A DNA stretch of 64,000 bases from Strigamia acuminata (Eukaryota). Location of the stretch: the NCBI GenBank assembly GCA_949358305.1, contig OX442314.1, forward strand, positions 14,942,001-15,006,000, read 5' to 3'. The notes below the pieces were generated by a model, which was not told the DNA's origin, did no database searches, and saw nothing but the letters and a program-made list of their open reading frames with translations. This document shows, piece after piece, positions 13,322 through 31,165 of the stretch (its first letter is position 1; each line of letters begins with the position of its first letter). Both the position numbers and the translations under genes were made by a program.

Positions 13322-16051
13322 CAATTAATTTTGTATTGACCAGTTTATCATGTATAAATGTTCGCACAGGTTGATTATTGTCGTTCTTTCACGTATTGTC
13401 ATCTTTGGGATTAAATTCCTGGTGAAATAGACTTGTGAGACTTGTTTTTCCTTTCTTTTCCGGTGATGTTCATCTCGTTGAAAACGTTGACATATTTATA
13501 TGCACTGCGGTTTCATTGATGCTCTCCTACGCCGTCTGTTAAAACTACATCTTTTTCGCAAATGTCACCTTAAATTTCGTTTCCACTCGTTTCGATGAAA
13601 GGTTGTGCCATGAATGAGCTGAAACCGAAAATAGCGCCCAGTTAAAGCAGAGTATTTTATGGGCGTCTAAAAATTACGTTTTTAAAAGCTCGCTACGTCA
13701 TATTTGATCGCCCACTAAACACACTGCTGAGTTTCCTCCCTCAGGATTAAAATTACACCATTTGTGGAAAGACCTGTTTGATTTACAGCCGTATTTATTT
13801 GGCAGAAAACATAATAAAAATTAACATTTGACACAGCTATTTTTATAGCTTTTTTTGTGTTTCAAATTTTTTATACTTTTAATACCTGGGTAATTAATTT
13901 TTTTTCAAAAAAAAATATAAAAACAAAACATTTTAAATTAAAATGCTTCTAACAATGACAAAAATCAACAACAAATAAACAGTATTGTCCAATTTTGACA
14001 GTACGTATAGTGCCAGAGCAATACCGCCATTTTATAATACGCACGATATGAGCAAGTCGTCATCGCTGATGGTTATAACCAGATCAAGGCTTTCCTTTCA
14101 AGCTTTCCCCAACTATTTAATCAAAAAATAAAACTAAAAAAGCCGGATAGTTGACCCACATCTAGCTTATATTCAGCAATTAAAAAATGAATAAATAAAG
14201 CGCCATTACAAACACGCACATATGCCATCATTCATCGCAAGTGCATCTCGACCATCTCGCGAACTCAGCTGATAGGTGGCTATAGTGCGAGTACGAGTCT
14301 CGTTCTATAAAATATACCGAAATATACTCACATAAAAATTCAAATTTCTCTTTTCCTCGCGTAGAAACTGCTATTTTTTCCAGACTGGCTAATTGAAATC
14401 AAGAATAGTGGCCAGACGCCCCTTTGTGAACCACACACACATGGGAGTTTGCCAGTCACATTAAGCAGACAAGATGATGAGGCTTCTCTCTACAAATCTC
14501 GCACGAGACGCACACGAGGTTTACTGGAAGAGCCTGAGCCATCGGTCTGTGGTTTGCTTAGCGGCACTATCCACTTCATTCTGGTGGGGTGGATGCAAAA
14601 AGGAAAAGTCTTTCTAATTCTAACCAAATCGATTCAATTATCATTCCCACACAAAAAGCAACCCGGAATGAATAAAGATTCAAATGTTTATGAAATAAAA
14701 AAGAATTTTAAAAAGAATTTTAAAAATGAAAATTTTATTTATTTATTTTCCATTATTTTTTTACAGAAAATTTTTATGTAATTTATATTTTATTTCCACA
14801 CACTTTGATTGCTATCTGGAACTATCGGGAAATAAATGTTTCTTCTTTGTAAAATTTCACGCCTTTTTTTCGAATTTATCACGTAATTTGCCTTAAAAAA
14901 AAACATTTTTATCAGATTCAAGCGTTTGTTTATTTTCTTCTGATTATTGTATTCTTTCATTAACCTAATTTTCTGATTTTTTTGAGATTATTTTAAAGAA
15001 AACTTTTGTATCCAAACACTAAACAGAACTGCAGGTTGTAAATGAGCTTGAAGGTGCTGCACCCAATTATGTAAGAGGAAAAAGGTGATGAAAACCAAAT
15101 GCCAGAAGGTTACCAAATACCAAGCTCTTGAGTGAGGGAACTAACAAGTTCTAAAGTGGAAAAGCAAAATCTTAACTAGCATTAAAATTAATGTGATTTA
15201 AAGTTATAATTTTCTGGCTTGCTTCACAAACATTATAACCATACTTAGTGTTTTTTATTACCATTGGAATTAATAGACAGGAAATATTAATTTGTAAACA
15301 GCCCTCAGGTATGTGAATTTATAGGTCAAGGACAAATGCACTATTCAGGAATTGAATAGTTTTTGTTACTATTTCCTAAATTCCTAGAATTTAAATGTGA
15401 AAAGAGATAGAAAAAAATTCATAGTCAACAATTTTTTCGAAAACTATGGACTATGGGGAGGCCATGACGCAAACTATTGCTTTGCACAGATGACTAAAAA
15501 AATCATAGTAAAGCATCCAAAATGTATGGGATTTGGTAGCAAAATGTGTGTGAAGCAATTTCAGGGTCTGAATACCCCTACGCAATAAATGAGTCATGTT
15601 CTTTAGCACATTCCATCATATGGGGTTCTCCCCTGTTCGGAACTACGGGCCAAGACACGCAATCCGGATGAGGTCATACACGAATTAATGATTAAAGGGA
15701 GAAATGAAGAAAAATTGCTGGACTATTGTAAATAGCCTGACATCTGTTGTCAATTTGAGAAATTATAATTATGTCAAAAATGCTTAGAAATAATGAGTTT
15801 TATGGAGCGTAAATTTAAATTCATGTCTTTTGTTTGTTTACCAAGTATTCTTGTGTCTTATTGTTGTTGTTATCCGAAAAATAAATTAAATATCCTATTT
15901 CTTGTGAAGAACATGAGTTATAATTGCTTTATAAATCCGTACCAACAAAATACAAATCACCGTGGGACGGCGCTCTCTTGGTGCAGAACGGAACGTGATA
16001 CCCATGTTTTATGAAATAACGGCATGGAGCTTCAATTAAATGGAGCCGCTT

Positions 16052-16701
16052 GTGCCGCAAGATGTACAAAAACGTTCAGTTCATACATTAGTGTTTCGCT
16101 CTTTGTAACGAACACCCGATATGTTTCTTTCGGACCAAGCGAATCCGCTGAAAATAGACGAACGAGTGGAAAAAATAAAATAGCGATTAAAAACAAGACG
16201 AATACCAGTCCCTTTGGTGAACCACCACAAAAAACCGAATCACGAAAACCTGGACGAAGAAAATGTCGCAATAGCAATCGAACCGACAAGCCAAAATACT
16301 GGAATAGAAATGACCGTTCGTTACGAACCACCGCAAGCGATAAATTGAAATTCTCATCAATACGACACATCAGCACTCTACATGTTCGCTTCTGGATCAC
16401 CCAACAATATTAAACAATGGAAATGCCTGGACGGGAATCGTTAATTGCGTAGCGGTCAATTCCGATGGCGTTTTGGTATCAGGAGGGGATAATGGGACGC
16501 TTTTTTGTGGGAATGAAAGACTGATTACAATTTCCAAAGGATGCAAGTTCCTGTGCAACCGGGTTCGATGGAGAGCGAGGCGGGAATTTTCTTATGCGTT
16601 TTCGATCACAGCAGGATAAGACATGGAAAGACGAAACGGCAACCGAAGATTCACATACTAATAATTAGAAACCTGATATTTTTAAAAGGAGGCAATATTA
16701 A
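16052..16701 (+). pseudogene. PLRG1: Intronless, internally deleted PLRG1 (Prp46, WD40 NTC splicing factor) pseudogene
   Basis: N-terminal part [24 protein letters not shown] (cf. PLRG1 [22 protein letters not shown]). C-terminal parts [54 protein letters not shown] and [16 protein letters not shown]. Stops at 16106, 16514 and 16666, several frameshifts, GTG in place of the start codon, and most WD40 repeats missing. Confidence 0.9.
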
Positions 16702-16971
16702 GATTACCGGAAATTGAAATTGTACTGAGTTTTATTTTAAAATTTTACACTTTGATCACAATTTCTCATCATTAGGCAAATACCGGTATGTCACGCGATT
16801 AAAAATACTAAAACTGATCAAAAACGTTATTTGATATTACAATTCAGCATATATCAAAATAAAAAATTAAATTTTATAATCAAAACTTATCTCCAGCTTA
16901 ATCTCGATGAATTATTTCGACATTCTGAAACAATTACTTCAAGTAACAAATTCCTTTTGTACAATTGTCAC

Positions 16972-18289
<1,318 letters not shown>

Positions 18290-18506
18290 TTTGACGACAA
18301 TTGCAAAGCGCACTGCTTCTATAGCGGCTGTATCGCGCAATAAACTAATAACTGATTTTTTTTTTAAATTGCTATTTTATTCTGTATTTTATTACACTGA
18401 TAAAAGATAACTGTTTTTGTTTTGTTTAGCAATCTTTAATATTTTTGCCTCAATAATTATTAATTATTACAGCGAAAAGTACAAGTTTCCGCTGACGGTG
18501 AGTAAC

Positions 18507-18518
18507 CGCCATCTATTG
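18507..18518 (-). promoter_or_regulatory. CTCF-like motif (CAATAGATGGCG) in the EGLN/orphan-gene divergent promoter
   Basis: Contains the TAGATGGCG core of the arthropod CTCF consensus; motif match only. Confidence 0.3.
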
Positions 18519-18692
18519 TAAGATTTAAAAATTATAAATTTAAAAAATGGAAACAATGAAAATAATCGGTATAAATGGCTGTATTGTTGTTGCCACGCAA
18601 CGTGATAAGAATAGAAAACCCCTAACTAAATATTCGAAAAAAATTAGAAAGTGTTAAAATTTCCAGTTTGTATTCCGCACATTGCCAAAAAA

Positions 18693-19146
18693 ATGGACAA
18701 AGATAAAATGGCAAAACTAGCCTTTGGCTACTTGGTTTTGCACGGCCCAAGTAGGTTGGACGACGTTGTTAAAGGCGTAAGAAAATATTTCTCAAGCAAT
18801 ACCTGTGAAGAAATTTTACCTTTTCTGCTCCGCGAAATTCTCAAAGCGAAGAAGGGCCCTTTGCAAGGACGGGTCCAGGTCATCGACATGACGGGTGATC
18901 CTCTTGACAACATTTATCGAGTGATTCCAAAAGGTCAATCTGTTTTTTCTTCGGCTGAAGCATGTCTACATTGTGGAAATGATTTGATTTGCCCGGAATG
19001 TTATAAACAGAAGTGTTCAAACGAGATGGTTTGGGCGAAAAGTTGCAAACAAAAGTATGTAAATGTAATCTTAATTTGCACAATCAGTGTTAAATCCGAC
19101 ACATCTTTTTTTCTCTGTTCGTAGAGACGGAAATAAACTTCAATAA
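18693..19146 (+). CDS. Small orphan protein (~127 aa) with a helical N-terminal domain and a CxxC-x5-CxxC cluster
   Basis: ATG at 18693 opens a 120-codon frame to a GTATGT donor at 19055. Acceptor at 19124 gives KDGNKLQ*. Contains CLHCGNDLICPEC. No family recognised. Confidence 0.55.
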
Positions 19147-19512
19147 TTTCAGAAATGATGGAGTTAATTCACCGGTTTTTCAAATTGTCACCAATCATCA
19201 CTAGGCTTCCAAAACTGTCTCATTCTACGATGCAATGTGTGCGCAAAGAACAAGAAAAGATCAAATTAAAAAAATTGTTATTCATCATGTTTGGATGGAA
19301 TACCACGATACGTTTTTTTTCCTTATGTGGAACTTCACGATTCCTTGAGTAAATAAAAAAAAATTGAAACATTATTCTATTTTTTTAATTGAATTTTTTG
19401 TACATGTGATACATCCAAAGCTTGCACTTATTATATTAGCAATATCGAAAACAATTATTATATAAAAAAAACCCATAGATATTAATTCTTAATGGATTTA
19501 GTGGCATTTAGT

Positions 19513-21073
19513 TTAATCAATATTAGGATGTGAATGCTTGCCGTTCTTGTAGATTTCAGTTGCAATCATACGCATACTTTCAATATGTTCAGTGTGGTGC
19601 TTCTGGAACCAATGTTCCACTAATTTAAAAAAAAATAAAATGATTATTTTATAGTTGTCATTATGGACCTAAAATTTAGTCACTTTGGCAAGCGTCACTG
19701 CAATAATATCGTTTATCTGGCCAATTTTCAGCCACGCATCTGCAATAAAAATGATAAAACAGCGCTACCGTAACTACGGTAGTTCTAAACACGACCAATT
19801 TACCTTTTGCAAATACGATAAATGTAAGCATGTTCCAATTGTTTTGTACAACATGCGCATTGCCGACTGCGAAGGTTATTCACTTTTTTTTCCATGGAAC
19901 GAATGCTGTCATCAGACACATCAATCTTCTTATCTCTAGAAAACTTTTCCAACAACATTGACAACATTTTGACTTTCTTCTGCACGTGCTCCATTTTACT
20001 TGCCAATTTTGCAATACTCCAAATCTTTGCCATGTCGGGGACTTCGTCTACTTTGAAAATCATTCGTCTCATCTCGTCCCGGTGTTTTTTTAGCGTTTCC
20101 GAAAGCTGCGCGATGTTCAATAAATACGGACTCAAGTATATAAACTCGTCCATATCCATTCCATCTTCGATCGTAGAAGATTGAGATTTTGAATGTAATA
20201 CATTGGAGCACTCGGATGTCCATTTTAAAAGCCAAGGAATTTGTCGCACGAGTTTTATTCCCAGTAATGGCAACAGGCCTTCTTTCCAGTATTCTATTAT
20301 GAATTTCTCTAATTCTTTCGCTTCGTATCCAGGGTCGAGATACTGCTGAGGAATACACCAATAGTTTCCTGCTTCATTTCCGTCAGAAGAGGTCAGCCAA
20401 ATTGCGAATATTTCACAAAGAGCAGCTCCGAATGACATTTCTACACATTCTTGCAACTTACAGAAACAAACTCATCAAAATACATCGTCAAAAATCATTA
20501 TAATCATCTTTTACCAGTTTAGTAAATTGCAATTTTAACTTATTCTGTCCCATCACGATTTGTTTTTGTTCTACAGATTTACATATAAAAATTACACATG
20601 AAAAGCACCGTGTGTAATAACAACTGACTTGGATTTCTTAACTGAGACATTAGTTTTTCCAAACAATATTTGATAGTGTCGTCAGTTGAACCTTCTAAAA
20701 AATGTTTATGTATGTTGATTGTCGTACTGGTTATTTTATCAGGCCATTTTTTATTAATCTAGAAAAAGGAATTTTGGAAATAGAAAATTTAAAATCGTAT
20801 TTTTCAACTACCGGTAGTTACCTCTCGGAGAGCTGCGCTTAGAGGATTGAGACTGAACTTTAACCAAAACCTAAACCAAAAGGTCACACCCTAGAAATAC
20901 AATAAATTTGTTGTTGTTATTGTTATTATTATTATTTGAGTTCTTACTTGTTCTCTGATCATCAATTCAAACGCGTCAAGTCGATTGAGAACATAGTTAG
21001 GCCCACATCCGATTTTCAAGATTCTATCAAAAGGACTTCTTCTTTCATCTTTTGTCAGGTCAATAAATCTCAT
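19513..21073 (-). CDS. Orphan C6H2 (MYND-like) zinc-finger protein, paralog A
   Basis: Exons 21073-20948, 20890-20822, 20758-20629, 20570-~20515, 20456-19804, 19739-19684 and 19619-19513 join in frame. C-terminus CACC-x12-CKRC-x11-CSDACQMEHWFQKHHTEH. Clearly similar to paralog B. Confidence 0.8.
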
Positions 21074-21404
21074 AATTTAGTAATGATCAATTTTCACTAA
21101 AATTTTGATAAGTTTGTCCGAACTGTATTTGAATATCTGAACATTATTTTGCAACTTGTTTTCAAAAATTGGCCATTTCGTATTTATTTCATGATGCACC
21201 AAGTGGTAAAATTGGCAAACACAATTTTTTACAGTACAACGATTTAATTTTCTAGATTTTAAGCCCCACAGGGAAGAAAAACTCAATTTTGTTTAAATAA
21301 ATAAATAACAATAACAAACGCGCTTTGTTGTGTGAAGAAGTCAACCCAGATTAACGTTCTACATATGACAGTTATAAAACCGTAATTATCAGTGCTAAAT
21401 GTTG

Positions 21405-21417
21405 CCGCTAGATGGCG
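21405..21417 (+). promoter_or_regulatory. CTCF-like motif CCGCTAGATGGCG
   Basis: Close match to the CCRCYAGATGGCG consensus, upstream of paralog A; motif match only. Confidence 0.4.
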
Positions 21418-21559
21418 TGAATACGAATCAGCGGTAAATTTGAATGTAAAAAATAAGAACTAAGATAAATGTATTGATAAAATTATTCATACCTACATCC
21501 ACATTCATGGAATCAAAATACACAATAATATAGATTTATGTTATTGTTTTAAGTGTGAT

Positions 21560-21970
21560 GCGGGTGTATCACGGGAAACTCTTCACACCAGACTGAAGTT
21601 GGCACCACATTCATATTCGTCCAAACTACAGATAGTACAAATCCCAATTTTTTTTCCACGGATTTCAATGATTTTTACACCAATAGATAAAAGGTTTTCT
21701 CCTTAACAAACCGTGAAGAGCACAAGTCTTTACTTCTCTTACAAGTTAGTTTTCGAGCAGTAAGCATTTGAATAAGGCACAAAAAAGACTTGTACTAAAT
21801 TTCCGAATCTGGTGCCACAACTTTCAAACCCCAATATCTCAACAACCTGATGACGGATTTTTTTCTTTCAAAAACCAAACGATAGAGGGCCTTCTCCTCT
21901 ACAAACCCTGAAAGGCACAACACACTAACCCTCTTAGTTTTCGAGCGGCGGACACTTAAACGTTGCGCTG
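21560..21970. repeat. Degenerate repetitive element: two ~195-bp diverged units plus an internal inverted repeat
   Basis: gataaaaggttttctccttaacaaaccgtgaagagcacaa...ttagttttcgagc (~21686-21758) recurs as gatagagggccttctcctctacaaaccctgaaaggcacaa...ttagttttcgagc (~21881-21946). aagttggcaccacattc (~21596) is inverted as gaatctggtgccacaactt (~21805). Confidence 0.55.
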
Positions 21971-21995
21971 CAAAAACTTGGAACTAACTTCTGAA

Positions 21996-22205
21996 GGCTC
22001 CTCGAAGGTCCTCCCAAGGGTCCAAGGGTCCCCCCAATGGTCCCCCAAAGGTCCCCCAAGGGTCTTCCAAAGGGTTCCTCCAAGGATCCCCAAGGATCCC
22101 TCCAAGGATCCCTCCAAGAATCTCCCCAAGGATCCTCCAAGGATCTCTCAAGGGTCCCCCCAAACAATCCCCAAATTACTTCCAAACGACCCCCAAAAGA
22201 CCCCC
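21996..22205. repeat. GC-rich imperfect minisatellite (cc[c/t]ccaagg[a/g]t, 10-12-bp units)
   Basis: Visible repeated ccaaggatcc/ccaagggtcc units, which generate spurious ORFs in three frames. Confidence 0.85.
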
Positions 22206-22234
22206 AGTCCAGACCAATCCTGTGATACTTTTAA

Positions 22235-22384
22235 GGGGCCATCCATAAATTATGTAACGCAAAATTTTGGGATTTTTTAGACCCTCTCCCCCCATGTAAC
22301 ATGGTTCTAACAAATTCCCCCCTACCCTCTAATTACGTAACAAAATTTGAAACCTCAGTGCATTACTAATTTATGGACGACCCC
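22235..22384. mobile_element. 150-bp MITE, PIF/Harbinger-like termini
   Basis: TIRs ggggccatccataaatta (22235-22252) and taatttatggacgacccc (22367-22384) are 16/18 complementary. Flanks TAA and CAA look like a mutated 3-bp TWA target duplication. Confidence 0.75.
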
Positions 22385-22662
22385 CAATCCGTTTATCAAC
22401 ACCCCTTTTTAGTTTACACCTCTTCTTCTGGAATGTGGGTCAAAAAGAGGGATGAAAATCTAAACAAGGGATTAAGTTAAGGAATGTGTGTGGTAAATCC
22501 ACACCTGTTACATTCCAATAAAATAAAATGAGTAATTTTATTATTTTAACTTGTACTGTAATTATTTTTTTATTTAGTTATTTTACATTATTTCTTTTTA
22601 AGATATACTACAGTTTTGATAATCCAGGATTATCACAAAATATAAGTAAAACACAAGTAATA

Positions 22663-24357
22663 TTAATCAGAAGCCATTTCTTTATGTTCTTGAAAATGAA
22701 ATTGAAACCAATGTTCCACTGTAATAATCATAAAATAATACGGTATTTAAAAAAAATCCGTGAGTATAAAATAAATTCTTACTTTGACATTTATCATCGC
22801 AATAGCATCTAGTGTCCTGCCAATTATCGGCCACACACCTACAGTTTTAATAATTAATTTATACTCGCATTCAAGTCGAAAAAACAACTTACTGCTGACA
22901 TTTTCTATATGGTTTTTTGGGATTTATCACATTGGCGCAAAAACAACATTTAATTTCACTATTTTTCCATCTTTTTGTTTTGCCGTTTTTAATCATGTCC
23001 TTCATATCGTCATTAGATATGCACATCTCTCTATTTTGAAGGATACAATTTAATATAAAAAGTGGTGCATTAACTTGTTTACATGATTCCAGTTCCTCTT
23101 GACTCCGTGCTAAGAATGAATCATGACTGCTTTTTGCTAACACCGATGGTTCGTCACTTTTTATAATATGTAATTTTTCCTTTTCGATACATAATTTTAA
23201 GTTTTCGATCATTCGATACTCAATTTTTGAAGAAATCTGTCTGTCAAAATTGTCCATATTTCCACTGTACATTTCTTTTAAAACCCATGGAATCTGCCGC
23301 AAATTTACTCCAAGTAGTGGGATTAAATGATCTTGCCATTTCCTAACTAAATATTTTTCTAATAATCCTGGTTTGAATCCTGGGTCTAAATACTCATCAG
23401 GAATTTTCCAATATTGCAGAGATTTATCGAACACCTCCATGGCACCCAACCAGTCATAAAACATTCTACAAAGAGCTGCTCCAAATACCATTTCTGAGCA
23501 CTCGATTAACTATACATTTCAAACCAAATAGAAAAAAAAATTAACTGAACCCTGAATACCAATTTGTTTGACCATATTACCAAATCTTCAGGAGTTTTAC
23601 TGAAATCACTCATTGTAGACTCGTCTAAACAAAAAAACAAAAAAATAAAAAACAAAGTTCCTTATTAAACAAAAAATAAAAATCGTTCCAATTTACCTGA
23701 CACTGTTAAAGACATTATAGCTTGGTCAAAGGAATACCGTATTGTATCTTCAATTGTACCTGAAAAACACAGTTTTTAATCCCAATTACCCAATGCCTAC
23801 TAATGGTAATCAGAATCACACAAACAAGACATTCAAAAAACATTTTTCAAATGGATTTGATTAAGAATTGCAGAAAAAACTGTAAAGTTTTTTTTAAACG
23901 TCTTAATTAAAGACATCTTTGTGTTTTTCTATAGTGGTGATTGAATTGGTAAATGTTTATTACCTTCCAGAAAGTGCTTGTGGATATGTATTAGAAGCCC
24001 GGCTCTTGCAAGTGGACACTTACCATAGATCTAAAATTAATTTGAAAAAAAACATTCATTGATGGTTTTGTTTTTTAATTAGTTATCTATGTTACTATTT
24101 TCATTGCATAGCAGCCTGGATAAAAACAAAACGTTAACCAAAACCTGAAGAAAAAGGTTATTCCCTGAAAAAATAAGATCAATCTATCTTTTCAAATATT
24201 ATGTCCGTTATGTTAATTTTACTTGCGAATGAACCATTGTTTCAAACTCATTTCGGCGATTCATCACAAAATTAGGGCCACAATTGTAGTCAATGATTGT
24301 GTCGTAGGAAGATCCATAGTTCTTCTTCCGAGCTCTAGTTAAATTAATAAACCTCAT
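22663..24357 (-). CDS. Orphan C6H2 (MYND-like) zinc-finger protein, paralog B
   Basis: Exons ~24357-24223, 24164-24096, 24030-23964, 23759-23697, 23624-23581, 23509-22893, 22838-22783 and 22718-22663 join in frame. N-terminus MRFINLTR..CGPNFVMNR; C-terminus CCFC-x12-CQQC-x11-CDDKCQMEHWFQFHFQEH. Confidence 0.8.
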
Positions 24358-25194
24358 AAGTGTTTCTGTCACTGATAAATTTACTTATTCCAAAAATTTT
24401 GTATGTTCTTCTATTAAAAAACTGAAAATTTAGTAGATCTAAAAGGTAGATCAGTAGTTCTTTCAAAAATATTTTTATTGCGTCTTGTGATAAAATTTGG
24501 AAGTAACAAAACAAAAACAAAAAATTGCTTTTGACCTCCAGATGTCACGATTTGATTAGCAAAAAAATAATTAAGGATTGCTCAGCATGAATTAATCATG
24601 AGAAACAATTCAAACTTCAAGATTTAATTTTTTTTAGGTGGGGGACATTAATTTGAGGTAATTTTTAAGCTGTACGATAGTACACTTAAAAAAAAGGTAT
24701 ACACATCACAATTAACATTATGCTCTCTCATGTGACTTCAAAATTAATAAAAGTCTGTCCAATTAAGTATAAAATTTTATCATCTTAATTAAAATCAATG
24801 ACTATGAGAATTTTTACAGTTAAAATGAAAATTACAATTTTCCATGAGCAAATAATTAGAAGAAAAAAATGTACAAAAATTGTAGCTTCAACACAATCTC
24901 TTTCTATACAAAAAGCGTACGTATTGCACAAATTAAGCATACATATAAAATTAATCTTACAAAGCGCATTTGGTTAAAAGGTTAAAACTACCCGAACTAG
25001 GAGTTAGTGTGACCTCTTCCCATAAATTTCTTAACAGCGTAACACATTATGATACTTTACAAAAAAGAATTATAAAGATATAAAATGTGTATTTACAATT
25101 TATTAATGATATTAAAATGTAATATTTGGTCAATTTTCAATCATGTCTGCATATCAATTAACACAATGAAACACAAACAGAAAATATATAACTC

Positions 25195-31165
<5,971 letters not shown>

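Noticed and set aside
15664..15690. cggatgag...cgaa resembling a hammerhead core
   Set aside because: It lacks CUGAUGA and GAAA, and stem II does not pair.
16024..16413. ORFs 16024..16413 (+) and 16032..16400 (-) as genes
   Set aside because: They are off-frame or antisense shadows over the PLRG1 pseudogene.
18600..18604. ACGTG hypoxia-response element in the EGLN promoter
   Set aside because: A single 5-mer is expected by chance.
21934..22280. Pro/Gly/Trp-rich repetitive ORFs in three frames
   Set aside because: They are translations of the minisatellite and MITE.
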